Shown: positions 12,801 through 25,845 of the stretch, piece after piece
Layout: each line of letters starts with the position of its first letter
Numbering within the stretch: the first letter of the stretch is position 1
Source of the DNA: Chiloscyllium plagiosum
Lineage: Eukaryota
Assembly (NCBI RefSeq): GCF_004010195.1
Contig: NC_057711.1
Location: 77,536,341-77,597,050, forward strand
Direction: 5' to 3'
DNA: 60,710 nt
The notes under the pieces: generated by a model
Database searches by the model: none
The model's input: only the letters and a program-made list of their open reading frames with translations
What the model was told of the DNA's origin: nothing
Made by a program: the position numbers and the translations under genes

Positions 12801-14059
12801 TAACAAATACAAAGAAGTTTTGTTACTCACACACTATTACAACTGATGCATCTACAATGCACGCACCCTGGTTGATACAAGATGGTTTTAAAGATAAACT
12901 TATTCACATCTAAAATTTAATGGATAATAAATAAGAGCAAAATAGCAAAAACGACACAAAAATAATTTTGGAGGCAAGTAAATAACTTCTGGCTGCTGAA
13001 AAAAATATATGGTGCTATAATTAAATTCAAATTATTTATGTCTCAAACCTCATCAGTGATACCACAAATACCACAATGTTGTGCATCTTGAAATATGTTG
13101 GAAGTGTTGGTAAGACTACTTCAGATTAGGTAATATGTTGCCACTTCTGAAATCTGACAGACGAAACTTCACATTTACAGTATGCAATGTGCTCAGGGCA
13201 GCTATACATCATGATACCTCACTAGTCCACTGTATTTAAACCTATACCTAGAACCTGATGCAGTGATTCCAGCCTTCTCCTCAACTCATAAAAGTTCAGA
13301 TTTTTGTTGTTCTGCTTTGGCTTGGTAGCTGTCTCTTTAAAATGCAAAATATATGAGATTTCATGGGATGTATGGCACAGAAACAGGGCATTATGCCCAA
13401 CGAATCACATCTAATGTTTATGCTCCACTTGAGTCTCTTCCCTTCTATTCTTACCTAAATCTATCATTGTGCTCCATATTCTGTCTTCCCTCCTGCTCTT
13501 CTCCAATGTCCCCTTAAATGCATTTATGCTATTCACATCAACCACTCCCCATAATGGCAAGTTTTACATTTTCATCACTCTTTGGAAAACAACTTTCCTT
13601 CAGATTTTTCCAGAATTTCTTGATTCTTACTATATATTTATGGGAGCGGACGTGCGAGCATGTGTGGTGGTGGGATGCTGAGTGAGGGTTCGATAACTAT
13701 TGTATGGTTCAGAATAACACCAAACAGTGTGGGTTAACTCCTGTTCTGTCTGAGATAGAGTTGGGACCTGTCTTCTCACCATACCCCTTAGAATTGAAGA
13801 TCAATGCAAACCATTACACACAAAAAAAGTTCAGGATGAAGCATCAGCAAACATTGAGCTAAGTACCGGTCTTTGGGAGAAAACACATGTACTGTATCAT
13901 TCTGTACTGATGGCATCTGGTTTTGCTAATCCCACAAGAGGAAATATATTCTGTATCTATTCTGTCAAAACATTTCAGAATTTTAAATACTGTAGTTTAA
14001 TTAGATCACCTATCTACTTTACCTGTACAAAAGGAAATAAACCAAATCTATCAAATACT

Positions 14060-15100
14060 TTTCTGAAAATGTACTTTATTCATAAAATTAAGTGCATTAC
14101 ATGACTATTCAGTGATGTTACATAAAGTAAAAACAAATCACTTTCTTCCAATAGAATGCATTACTCACTACATTCATAATTGTGGATAGTATTACATTGT
14201 CATTACATGTCAAGTATGCAATCCAGTTTTTCAGTTTGCAGCCCCTTGGTTTAAATTAGATCCCCAACAGTGTGGAAACAGGCCCTTCGGCCCAACAAAT
14301 CCACACCAACCCACCGAAGACTAACCCACCCAGACACATTTCCCTCTGACTAATGCACCTAATACTACGGTCAATTTAGCATGGCAAATCCACCTGACCT
14401 GCACATCTTTTGACTGCGGGAGGAAACCAGAGCAAACCCGCACAGACACAGAGCGAATGTGCCATCTCCACACAGACAGTCACCCGAGGCTGGAATCGAA
14501 CCCAGGTCCCTAGTGCTGTGAGGCTGCAGTGCCTAACCACGAGCCACCATGCCACTCCATACTATGACTGATGGGCAATCAACAGTCTTTCTATATTTCA
14601 CATTTGTGGTAGCTGTTCCAAGCTTTAGTGGTCCTGGACCTTGAAATGTGTCAGTCTACAGCAGTCAGTCATGGACAACCCTTGATGACCACCATCCTTT
14701 AGCAAGTTGATGGACCTGCAATTGCAGTTGATGATTATCTCATCGTCTCCCGGGTAATAGTAATTAGAACAAGGAGATCTTCATCATGAAGCTGATTGGA
14801 ATGATCTTCAGCAGAAATGACATCATCCTTGTGAAATGAAGCTTTGACCTGAGTGCCTCAGCTACCTGTAATTGTTACCCCTCTTCTGCCAGCAACCTTC
14901 CTAAGTATTTCACAGAAGGTCTCTTCCATCTCTCAAGCAGGACAGGGGAGAGGACGCAGCCCAACTAACTCTAAATTTTATTGGAAAGCTTTACAATTTC
15001 CTTCCATTGATTGAGAAAGCATTCCAGATGCCTGTCTAAATCCATTGGATACAATTGTGGATTTCCTAGCCAAGCCCCATTCTGGACAGCATAGTATGCT
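14060..15100 (-). mobile_element. Probable Tx1/L1-like LINE 3' remnant
   Basis: Minus strand 'KVQD..LKLGTATTNVKYRKTV' near 14580-14645 and AATAAA at ~14075-14080; heavily decayed. Confidence 0.4.
14255..14555 (-). mobile_element. V-domain tRNA-derived SINE (HE1-like) with CR1-type tail
   Basis: Minus strand: 'ggcatggtggctcgtggttag' A-box, 'ggttcgattcc' B-box, central 'ggtttcctcccgcagtcaaaagatgtgcagg', tail 'gggccgaagggcctgtttccacactg'. Confidence 0.9.
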
Positions 15101-15149
15101 TGTATGTTGTCATAGTATGACAGGATAGTATTTAGAAAACCTTTACCTG

Positions 15150-15245
15150 GCTTCTGGATTAGTGGTGCTGGAAGAGCACAGCAGTTCAGGCAGCATCCAA
15201 GGAGCAGCGAAATCGACGTTTCAGGCAAAAGCCCTTCATCAGGAA
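15150..15245 (-). mobile_element. Solo Penelope terminal-repeat fragment beginning at the hammerhead
   Basis: Reverse complement reads 'attcctgatgaagggcttttgcctgaaacgtcgatttcgctgctccttggatgctgcctg'. Confidence 0.85.
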
Positions 15246-15246
15246 T
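15211..15246 (-). ncRNA. Minimal hammerhead ribozyme motif
   Basis: CUGAUGA-A-GGGC(UUUU)GCCU-GAAACGUC; core intact, G-U pair at the base of stem II. Confidence 0.6.
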
Positions 15247-15399
15247 AAAAGATTGCAAAGGTTGATAATTAACTCATTTGGCCATCTTACCAGTGCAGCT
15301 TCCATGACTAACTGTTCCTGGCATGGGATTTGATTCTAAAACTTATGGTGCAGAAGTAGAGAAGCTGTCTGCACCACAAGACCTCCCCAGTTCATATTG

Positions 15400-15600
15400 G
15401 TGTAGTTAGCATCCTGCATGATGATCATTCGGTGTTCTGTACTCAGTTCTGTACATTTCTTTATCTATCACCCTTCTACTATTTGTTGGTCTGTAAGCTG
15501 CATCTTTTAGTATGATTGACTCTCTGTTATCGTTCATCTCAATTCTTATGTTTTCTATTTTTGTTTTGCTGATAGTGGTGTCTGCTTTTTTAGCTCCTGG
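15400..15600 (-). mobile_element. Old CR1 ORF2 APE-endonuclease fragment
   Basis: 'IENIRIEMNDNRESIIL..AAYRPTNS' resembles the 'WVELR..KG..TL.G.YYRP.NS' motif of the younger CR1 copies. Confidence 0.6.
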
Positions 15601-16559
15601 CATTATGTCATCCCTATTAAGTGCAGTTACTTCACCTTCATATTTTACCCCTCTATCTTTACTAAATATGCTATACCCTCCTGAATCTTTTTGTATCCAT
15701 GTCTCAGTAATCTCCTCTGTGCCTGGTTCTTCTCAATATGTGATTACCTTCAACTCCCCTGTTTTATTACAGACAAAGTGTGCATTGCTTCACAGATATT
15801 TTATCGCAGTTTACATAGGATTTCCTCTCAATTTATATTTAAATATCTCGTGTTCTTTTACTGTATTTCTTCTCTTGCCATCCTTTTTCTCCCTTACATC
15901 ATTTTCCCCATGCTCCATATCAACATACTGTTTTATTTACATTTATATTCCAATTTTTTTTTGCAGGTTCCATAACCTACCACCATGCTCAATACCAAAG
16001 CAAGCTTATTAATTTAAAACTAGTGTTTAAGGCAGAAACATATTTATTAAAACAACATAATGTTCACCAAAATTAAAAATTGTAAGCACATTTTCTGCTG
16101 TTGGAGACAAGTGTGTAGATGAATAAAAGCTTATTAAAATGCTTTAGAAAAAAATTTGAACTAAAAAACTAAATTCAACCCATGATTTGGCATAGGGATC
16201 CATAAAGCTTGCTTACTCACACCCAGTTAAAGTGAGACACCATGGAAAGTTCATCCTTGTTAATTTGCATAATTTCAGCAGTCTGGATCTTTAAAAAAAA
16301 ATCAACATGTTCATAGCTCTTATTACACATTGCTCGAGCAAATGAGACTTGAACCTGGGAGTCCTGGCACAAAGGTGGGGATGCTAGCAGTATACCATGC
16401 AAGCCATAATTGCAAAATGCAGTCTGATGTGAACGATAGTACATAGATCAAGTGCAGCTAGCATGAATTTCAAGTGGCTTGCACTTCATAAGGAAACATG
16501 TCTCTCTTAAAGTGAAAGTGTATTCAAGATGTAGTGGCTGGTGGAGCTGTTAGTGAAAG

Positions 16560-18700
16560 TTGTCGAGGGAGGGAAGAAGATGACCTATGGAGCAACAGGC
16601 CAGAGAGAATGCTCCAAGGTTCTCTGATGAAATGCAGCAGGCATTGGTAGAGGAGATCAAAAGAGTTATAGGGCCACCATCCAGTATTGCTGAGAACATC
16701 CAGATTGTTTGTATATTCCTTCCTTATGTACCTTCTAAAACTCTACTTCATCCTTTTTCTGCTTTCTGACATCAAGTGCTTACTGCAGGTGCAGCCAACT
16801 GTTATGTATGTAATTAAGGCAGGCTGACCCTCATATGAATATAAAATCAAACATGACGATAACATGCCGGCAATACAATGTTGTCATGTTAGTCAACCAA
16901 ATTATGGATGCCAAGCGGGCACATATATCAGCGGCATTTTGAAGTCACTAATTAACAAACTATTAAGCTGGTTAACAACCCAGTGATTTTCAATTTTTCA
17001 TCACACTGTATTTTTCAGGCAATGAATATAAAAATATTTTGGAGTATTTTATAGCAGCCATGACAAGGTGATGCAAAGGCAAGAGAGAAGGCTTGCTGCC
17101 AGGATGATGAAGAATGTGGCAGCAACTTCTTTTTTGGTCTTTTTAGAGTCTATTTTGAACCTTTAATAAAAAATAAAGACTGATTCGGAGAGCAGGGGCT
17201 TTTAGTATTCTAGCAGTAATGGACCTTCTGTTTGCGGCATTATCTCTCTGATGTATGACGATCCGGCCTAAAGTGCTAACTGGGTGTGGAGATCTCCTTT
17301 GTCTTCTAATCAGCCCCTTTCTCAATGGCCATTCAACACTTGAACAAACACACTGAGACAACACGGGGTGGGATTGAGCAGATCTACTCAGTTTCCACTG
17401 CAATGCTCTATTCAACCTGAGAAACATGGAATCTAGCCCATGGTGTAACTATGGATCATTTGCTTTCCATTTTAGTGAATCTGTCTCTCTACCCAACTCT
17501 TACACTCTTCATTTTCGTCTTCAAATTTTAAAGAACTTTCATCTGGTCAACCACAGCAGCCTCACTATGAAGGACTCAAGCAAGACCAGAATCAGTTGAA
17601 GAAACATTGTCACATGGCTTAACTGTGGCAGCCACCAGCTGAGATCTGGAACTATGCACATTTCAGAGGGTAATGAGTTAACAGACATGACTGGGCAAGG
17701 GGACAGGAATTCATGTGTGCCAGCCTCACAAGAGGGGAAGCCTGAAGACAGTTTCTGCTACAGAGAACTCAGATGATGATAACAATAAGGCAGCATAAGG
17801 GAGAGTGTTGCATACAAAATGTTTGGTGCATTGGCAAAGGCTATTACAAAGCCTGTTACACTATCAAGGAGCATGGAGGAGTCCAACTCCATGGAATCAC
17901 AGAATTGTTATTGTGCAGAAGGAGACATTCAGCCTATCATGCCCATACCTGCTCATCAAATAAGCATCATTACCTAGTGTCAAGCCCTTGCTTTCTCTCC
18001 ATACCCTTGCACATTATTTTTATCCAAATAATCAGCCAATGTCTTCTTGAATGCCTCAATTGAACCTGCATCCTCCATTTCCAGGCAGTGCACTCCACAA
18101 CTAACTACTCATCGCTTTTTTCTCAAATCACCCTCGCTTCTTTCGCACATCACTTCAACTGTATGCCCTCTCATTCTCATTCTCGTTCCTCTTATGAGTG
18201 GGAACAGCTTCTCTCAATCCACTCGATCCAGGTGCATAAGGCAGGAACATATTGTCACCCTGGATGTTCTCAACAATAGTAAATGATAGCCCTATTACTC
18301 TTTTGATCTTCTGGACAAAGGTCTGCTGCAATTCATGATTTTGGGAACCTCTATCTAATCTCCAACTTGGCACATAGAGTCACAGAGTCATACAACATGG
18401 AAAAAGGTCATTCGGCCCAACTTGTCCACATTGACCAGGCCCCCTAAACTGAACTAGTCCCATTTGCCTGCATTTGGCCCATATCCCTCTAAACCTTTCA
18501 TATCGTGTACCTATCCAAATGTCTTCATGAAAAGCCTGGAATCCATTCTTCTCACTGCAAAATGGTTGAAAACTCCATCATTCAGCAATTGATGCCTGAT
18601 GTCACAATTTACATTGAAATATAAGCAAATGCAACCCAATATATCAGTGCTGCAGTGGAAGGTATGATTGGAAATGCTCTTTGAAAAATTTGTTCTTAAA
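16560..18700 (+). mobile_element. Probable PIF/Harbinger-type remnant (Myb/SANT-like gene fragments), rearranged and carrying CR1 tail insertions
   Basis: 'MEQQARENAPRFSDEMQQALVEEIKR' (from 16587) resembles the N-terminus of Harbinger Myb/SANT proteins; diverged inverted copy of 16617-16732 at 18231-18350. Confidence 0.5.
17893..18225 (-). mobile_element. CR1 3' fragment
   Basis: CR1 tail and 3' coding remnant in reverse; further short tails at ~18375-18525 (-) and ~19030-19155 (+). Confidence 0.7.
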
Positions 18701-20189
18701 CATTTTCCCTTTTTGTAATATCTTTTATTTCAGGATTTTGTTGAAGAGAACACTATGATGGCCCATGGTCAAGGCATGGAAACGTAAAGAGTTATGGGCC
18801 ATTGGTAATGTTAGGATGAGACTTCAGGGGAATCTGAGTCTAAGCGTCCTATTATGGATTGCTCAGCTATTTTGTTGTGTTATTGGGTCATACACTCCTT
18901 AGTTTCCCAAAGTTACCGCTAGCATTAATGGAACTTTTGTAATCATACTTTAGTTGCAGCTTGGATAATACAAAAGTTAACTTTCATCAAGGTTAGAACT
19001 TCTGCTCCATCTCACCTTTTCATACTTATCAAGGTTTAGAGGGGTATGGGCCAATGCAGGCATGTAAGACTAGTTTAGTTTGGAAAAATTGGTCAGCGTG
19101 AACGAGTTGGACTGAAGGATCTGTTTCCCTGTTGTCTGACTCTCTGACTCTGTATGTATCTCATATCATGACTACATCATTACTGTTCTGAATGTTTCTG
19201 ATATTAATTCCATTATTAACTTCCAATAAAGTCCAGAATTGTGGAGAGCCAATGTCTCATCTCTTCCTCCTTGATTTTTTCCCTTTTCCTCTTCCTCTTT
19301 CACTTCTTGAGGTGTCCTTTAAAAACCTGGTGGCAAGGGCTGCATCCCATAAAAGCCAGGTTACAGCAGAAGCAACAGTTCTTGTAGAGTTAGACAAATG
19401 CTCCAGTGAATTCTGCAAGAATCACCACAACCTCCAGACAACAAAGCATTATTTCAGAACACAGCAGGTTTGTTCCACTGTGTTCCAAATGGGGTATGAT
19501 TTTCATGATCCAGTGGCCCAGGAGAGTCACCAGTCTGCTGTGGAGTGGATAGCCCTTATCATCAAACTGAGATGCATTAGTTTAATGTTTACATCTTTCA
19601 TTACAGTACTCCGTTAAGGAGTGATTCTTTAAATAATTGTTTTATTTGTTTGATTTTCTCAAAAACAAATGAAGAGTTATTTCTGCACCACCTAGTGTTG
19701 ATGAGGACACTGATGGATATTTGTAATGTTGCATTCTGTAAATTGCTTTAGTATTCTGTAAAATATTGGTGTTCTATTTGACCATCTGGCTGTCAGTTGT
19801 TTAACATGGCAACAGAGATTAGGTGCAAAAAGTGAAGATTGGAAAATATCATATTGTTCCAGACAGAGCATTTAATCTGAAGGCTGAATCTTACATTTTT
19901 TGGTTAAGTCAGAGTTGTATTTAGGTTTTTTTGGAGGGCTTCCTGCCACGTCGTCGAGAGTATTTCCTCACCTGATTTTATCAAACACATCTCATTTATT
20001 ACCAACCATGCCTCTCTCTCTTACACCCAATCTCTGCCCCATCTTAACATGTGCCAATCCCACAATAATTCATCACTCACTTAATATCTCAGCATTCACA
20101 GGCATTCCTTACATCACACAACCTTAAAAATACAATGATACATGTCAGTCCAGAGCTGATCTCCACACCTCCTGACGTTTTCCCCAGGG

Positions 20190-20416
20190 GTACTGGAGCC
20201 CCGCATGGTGGGCAGAATCCTGAAGGTCTGCTGGAAAGGATGGTGCTGATACGGTGCTTCCATTTCCCCGAGGATCAGCAGTGGAGATTTAGACACCAAA
20301 AAATGTCAGCCTGGTCTGAGGTTACCATCCAGATTAAAGTACGCTCTGATCTGGAGGGTAATGCCCGACAATGTAGACAGGAGATCAATATCCTTTTCTA
20401 CTTTGCCAATGTAAGT
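20190..20416 (+). pseudogene. Myb/SANT-like (trihelix) DNA-binding domain remnant, Harbinger-type
   Basis: 'EGLLERM..R..HFPEDQ..R....AWSEV...I.......NARQCRQEINIL' pattern (AW.EV / QCR), followed by a GTAAGT donor-like site at 20411. Confidence 0.5.
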
Positions 20417-21238
20417 GCCAACATCTGCTTTTTGCTACCTCACACTCACTCAATCTCTGCTACTGTACCAGTAAGCCTTTGTAAAAAGTATTGCATTTTA
20501 TATTGGCTGAAAACAATAAACATTAAATGTTCAAGTTTTCTGCTTAAATTCTGCCATATTAAATCCTAGATTTGTACAAAATAAGTTCCACCTGCAGTAT
20601 TTTCATAAATCCAAGCATTTTCTTTACATACACACACACACGCACAATAGGGCACAAAGAGTCAAGAGTTCGCCATTTGGCTCCATACCGCTTATGATGA
20701 GAGGATCCTTACTCTGACCACCCTGACTATAGCTTTGATGGATTTCAAAAGACAGATGGTTGTTCCATAAAAGAATTTATTATACATTTTAGCAGAGTGA
20801 TTAGAAGAATTTAATTTGGAAATGCCTTGTTTAGTGCTCACATTTAATTGTCTGGATTACATTAAGCATCGTGCTGACCAATTTTTACAGCGTGGCAAGG
20901 AGAGAAGGTTGAGTGAAGCGAGGGCTGCCGGGAAGGGTAAGTTTTCCCACTTAAAAAGGCACTTACCTTGGGAGTCGGGCCTCCATTTTTACAGCCCGGC
21001 GAGGAGAGAAGGTTGAGTGAAGCGAGGGCTTAATTACCGGGAAGGTAAGGGCTTAATTTATATTTGAGCAGTGGCTAAACCTGAGATACTACGCATGTAG
21101 TGTCTCCTTCCTGCCCCCTCCTCTAACCAGACGAAAAAGACTCTGTAAGGTCAGGCTTTTATTTTTCTCTTTATTTTTTTTTCATATATTTAAGTGCATT
21201 GCTTGGTTTTGGTCAGTTCATATAAAGCTAAACTTACA

Positions 21239-22144
21239 ATGGCAGGCGACTTCAGACCCCTGGCATGTGCCTCTTGCTTGATGTGGGAGCTTAGGAACGT
21301 GTCTGACGTTCCTGACTCTTACACTTGCAAGAATTGTGTCCAGCTGCAGCTCTTGTTTGACCGCATGACGGCTCTGGAGCTGTGGATGGACTCACTGTGG
21401 AGTTTAGTGAACTGGTCGATTAGAATTGCTGAGGGAGACAGTGAAGGGGTGACCAAAAGACAGAAAAAGAGTAGGAAGGCAGTGCAGGTGTTCCCTGCGG
21501 CCATCACCCTCCAAAACAGGTATACCATTTTGGATACTGTTGGGGGAGAAGGCTCACCAGGGGAGGGCAGCAGTTGCCAGGATCATGACACCGTGGCGGG
21601 CACTGCTGTACAGAAGGGCGGGAAAAAGACTCGTAGGGCCATAATCATAGGGGATTCTTTTGTGAGGGGAGTAGATAGGCGATTTTGTGGCCGAAAACGG
21701 GATTCCCGGATGATATGTTGCCTCCCAGATGCTCGGGTCAGGGATGTCACCAATCGGCTGCAGAGCATTCTAAAAGGGGAGGGTGAACAGCCAGTTGTCT
21801 TGGTGCATATAGGCACCAACGATATAAGTAGAAAACTAGATGAGGTCCTGAAAGAAGAATTTAGGGAGCGAGGAGAGAAGTTAAAGAGGAGGACCTCAAA
21901 GGTAGTGATCTCGGGATTACTAGCAGTGCCCTGTGCTCGCCAGGGTAGAAATGAAAAAATAGGCAGGATGAACACGTGGCTTGGGAGATGGTGTAGGAGG
22001 GAGGGGTTCAGATTTCTTGGACATTGGGACCAGTTCTGGGGAAGGTGGGACTATTACAAAATGGACAGTCTACATCTGAACCAGACTGGAACCAATGTCC
22101 TTGGGTGAGTTTTTGCTACTGCTGTTGGGGAAGTTTTAAACTAA
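21239..22144 (+). pseudogene. CR1 ORF1: zinc-finger/leucine-zipper plus SGNH esterase domain (premature stop at 22106-22108)
   Basis: CASC..CKNC..LQLLFDRMTALEL; 'IIIGDSFVR', 'VHIGTNDI' and 'DSLHLN' SGNH blocks. Confidence 0.92.
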
Positions 22145-22259
22145 TGTGACAGGGGACTGGGAACAAGTAGGCAGCGAGGTGGAGACTGGAGACTGTAAGA
22201 ATTATGAAGATTGCATTAATAAAGAGGAGAGTAGGCAGAGAGCAGATGAGCACAAAAAA

Positions 22260-24985
22260 ACTGGTAGCCTGAAATGCATCTACTTTAATGCAAAGAGTAT
22301 AGTGTGTAAGGCAGATGAACTTAGGACTTGGATTGGTGCCTGGGAGTATGACGTTATTGCAATCACAGAGACTTGGTTGAAGGAAGGTCATGATGATTGG
22401 CAACTAAATGTTCCAGGATATAGACACTTCAGACAGGACAGGGAGGGAAGTAAAAGAGGGGGTGGAGTTGCATTGTTGGTACGATATCATAGCTGTGCTA
22501 AAGGAGCACACTATGGAGGGCTTGTATAATGAGGCATTATGGGTGGAGCTGAGAAATAAGAAGGGTGCAGTTATATTGTTGGGGCAGAATTTCAGGACTC
22601 CCAACAGTGAGTGTGAGGTAGAAGAACAAATAGGTGAACAGATTATGGAAAGATGTACAGGCAATAGTGTAGTGGTGATGGGAGATTTTAATTTTCCCAA
22701 CATTGACTGGGATACACCTAGCGTCAGAGGTCTGGATAAGGTAGAATTTGTAAGAAGCGTCCAGGAGAGCTTTCTAGAGCAGTATGTCACTGGTCCGACG
22801 AGGGAAGGGGCCATATTGGATCTGGTACTGGGGAACGAGCCGGGACAGGTGGCAGAAGTTGCGGTGGGGGATTTCTTTGGGAACAGTGAGTTTTAGAATA
22901 CTCATAGGTAAAGAAGAGAGTGGTCCTAAGGGAAGAGTACTAAACTGGGCCAAGGCCAATTATATCAAAAAGAGGCAGGAGCTCGGAAATGTGCATTGGA
23001 CACAGCTATTTGAAGAGAAGTCCACATTTGAGATTTGGGAGGTTTTCAAAGATAGGTTAAAGATAGTGCAGGATAGACATGTCCTGTTGAAGGCAAAGGA
23101 TAGGAAGGGCAAGATTCGTGAACTGTGGATGACAGGAGCAATTCTACGACTAGCCAAGAGGAAAAGGGAAGCGTACTTAAGGTCTAGGCAGCTAAGAACA
23201 GAACGGGCCCTGGAGGACTATTGGAAGAGCAGGACAAGTCTTAAACGAGGAATCAAATGGGCTAAAAGATGTCATGAAATAGCTTTAGCAAGCAGAATTA
23301 ACCCGAATCCCAAAGCATTTTATTCTCATATAAAAAGCAAGCGGGCAACTAGAGAAAGGATTGGTCCACTAAAGGATAATGAGGGAAGGCTGTGTGTCGA
23401 ACCTGAGCAAATGGGTGAGATTCTGAATGATTACTTTGCATCAGTGTTCACTGAGGAGAGGAACATTATGAATGTTGAGACTAGTGATAGAAGTTTGATT
23501 AGTCTGGATCACGTTGACATAAGTACGGAAGATGTTGGGTAGGCTAGAGGTTATTAAGGTGGACAAATCTCCAGCATGGATGGGATCTATCCCAGGTTGC
23601 TGAGGGAGGCGAGAGACGAAATAACTGGGGTCCTGACAAATATCTTTGTGTCATCCTTAAATACAGGTGAGGTGCCGGAGGACTGGAGGGTTGCTCATGT
23701 TGTCCCCCGTACAAGAAGGTTAGTAGGGATATTCTGGGTACCTACAGACCAGTGAGCCTGACATCAGTGGTGGGAAAGTTGCTGGAGAAGGTACTGAGGG
23801 ATACAATCTATTTATATTTAGAAAAGAATGGGCTTACCAGTGATAGACAACATGGTTTTGTGCGGGGGAGATTGAGCGTTACCAACTTAACAGAGTTCTT
23901 CGAGGAAGTGACCAAGTTGATAGATGAAGGAAGAGCTGTTGATGTCATATACATGGACTTTAGTAAGGTGTTTGATAAGGTTCCCCATGGTAAACTAATG
24001 TAGAAAGTGAAGTCACATGGTGTGCAGAGTGTCTGAGTGAGGTGGATAAAGAACTGGTTGAGCAACAGGAGACAGAGAGTAGTAGTTGAAGGGAGTTTCT
24101 CAAAATGGAGAAAGGTGACCAGTGGTGTTCCACAGGGGTCAGTGCTGGGGCCACTGTTGTTTGTAATATACATAAATGATCTGGAAGAGGGCACTGTTGG
24201 TATGATCAGCAAGTTTGCAGATGACACGAAGATTGGTGGAGTAGCAGAAAGCATAAGGGACTGTCAGAGAATACAGGAGGATATAGATAGGCTGGAGAGT
24301 TGGGCGGAAAAGTAGCAGATGGTTTTCAATCCAGACAAATGTGAGGTGATGCATTTAGGCAAGACTAATTCTAGAGCGAATTATACAATAAACAGAAGAG
24401 CCTTGGGAAAAGTTGATAGGCAGAGAGATCTGGAAGTGCAGGTCCATTGTACCCTGAAGGTTGCTGCACAGGTGGATAGAGTGGTCAAGAAGGCATATAG
24501 TATGCTTGCCTTCATTGGACGGGGTATTGAGTATAAGAGCTGGCAAGTCATGTTAAAATTGTACAAGACATTGGTTCAGCCGCATTTAGTGTACTGTGTA
24601 CAATTCTGATTGCCACATCACCAAAAGGATGTGGACGCATTGGAGAGGGTGCAGAGAAGGTTTACGAGGATGTTGCCTGGTATGAAAGGTGCTAGCTCTG
24701 GAGAGAGGTTGAGTAGGTTAGGTTTATTTTTATTAGTAAAAAGGAGATTGAGGGGGGATCTGATTGAGGTTTACAAGATCATGAAGGGTATAGACAAGAT
24801 GGATAGAGACAAGCTTTTTCCCAGGGTGAAGGATTCAATAATGAGAGGTCACGCTTTCAAGGTTAGAGGTGGAAAGTTTAAGGGGGATACAGAGGGTGGT
24901 GGGCATTTGGAACGCGTTGTCAGCAGAGGTAGTAGAGGCAGGCACGGTAGATTCATTTAAAATGCGCCTGGACAGATGCATGAGT
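22260..24985 (+). pseudogene. CR1 ORF2: APE endonuclease plus reverse transcriptase, fragmented
   Basis: 'CIYFNAKSI', 'AITETW', 'MGDFNFP', 'YMDFSKVFDKVPH', 'GVPQGSVLGP', 'KFADDTK' in successive frames. Confidence 0.95.
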
Positions 24986-25627
24986 AGGTGGGGAGCAGAG
25001 GGATACGGATGCTTAGGAATTGACTGACAGGTTTAAACTGTACATTTGGATCGGCTCAGGCTTGGAGGGCTGAAGGTCCTGTTCCTGGGCTGTACATTTT
25101 CTTTGTTCTTTGTTCTTTGTTCTTTGTTCATTGAAATGTGCATGAGGATGGACTTCTAGTCTTAACTGACATTCAGTTCTCAAAAAAAGACATTCCTTTT
25201 GGATCATGCTTTTAAAATAAGAATTCTATGGAAACAAGCATTTCAGCAAATACAACATTCAACAGTGTCACAGGGAATGTAGGACCCGATGCTTCCCATC
25301 TCTCTTGGCCGCCATCTTAATCATAGAGCTTGTGCTTAGTTCCCCTGGTCTCCTTTCCTTCTTACTGGCTTCAAAACTATTGCATTTCTATCTTTCCTTT
25401 ATTTCTGGTGAGATATCATCAAAACAAAACATTATCTTGTTCCACAGATTTTGCTTGACCTGTTGAGCATTTCCAACTTTGTCAGATATCAGTCTGAATA
25501 AATTGTACTCGATATAAGAAGCTTTAATCCAATAACCTATATTAGTTGAATTTACTTAGATTGGTTAAAATGTTATTCAGAGTCATTGAGTTGTAAGAAT
25601 CAAAGTAATGTTGAGGAGTATGAAAGT

Positions 25628-25845
25628 TGAAACTTTATTGCTGGAACAGCACAGCAGGTCAGGCAGCATCCAGAGAACAAGAGATTTGACGTTTTGGGCA
25701 CAGGCCTTTCTTCAGGAATCCTGAAGAAGGGCCTGTGCCCGAAACGTCGAATCTCCTGTTCCCTGGATGCTGCCTGACCTGCTGTGCTGTTCCAGCAATA
25801 AAGTTTCAACTTTGATCTCCAGCATCTGCAGACCTCACTTTCTCC
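25628..25845 (+). mobile_element. Fold-back Penelope-derived mini-element with 17-bp TSD
   Basis: 95-nt inverted arms (25623-25717 / 25719-25813, 5 mismatches, 1-nt loop); 32-nt unpaired tail; perfect TSD ttgaggagtatgaaagt at 25611-25627 / 25846-25862. Confidence 0.93.
25717..25752 (+). ncRNA. Minimal hammerhead ribozyme motif
   Basis: CUGAAGA(25721)-A-GGGC(CUGU)GCCC-GAAACGUC(25748); core intact, stem I weak. Confidence 0.65.

Larger units (their letters stand above)
20875..25129 (+). mobile_element. Near-full-length CR1 LINE, inactivated (5'UTR repeats, ORF1, ORF2, (TTCTTTG)n tail)
   Basis: All domains are collinear; tail 'ttctttgttctttgttctttgttctttgttc' at ~25099-25129; multiple stops and frameshifts. 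Confidence 0.96.

Noticed and set aside
15512..16012. 166-aa hydrophobic ORF resembling a membrane protein
   Set aside because: T-rich antisense of a decayed CR1 region, with no recognisable domain
19192..19617. 141-aa ORF in unique-looking sequence
   Set aside because: No recognisable motifs and weak splice signals
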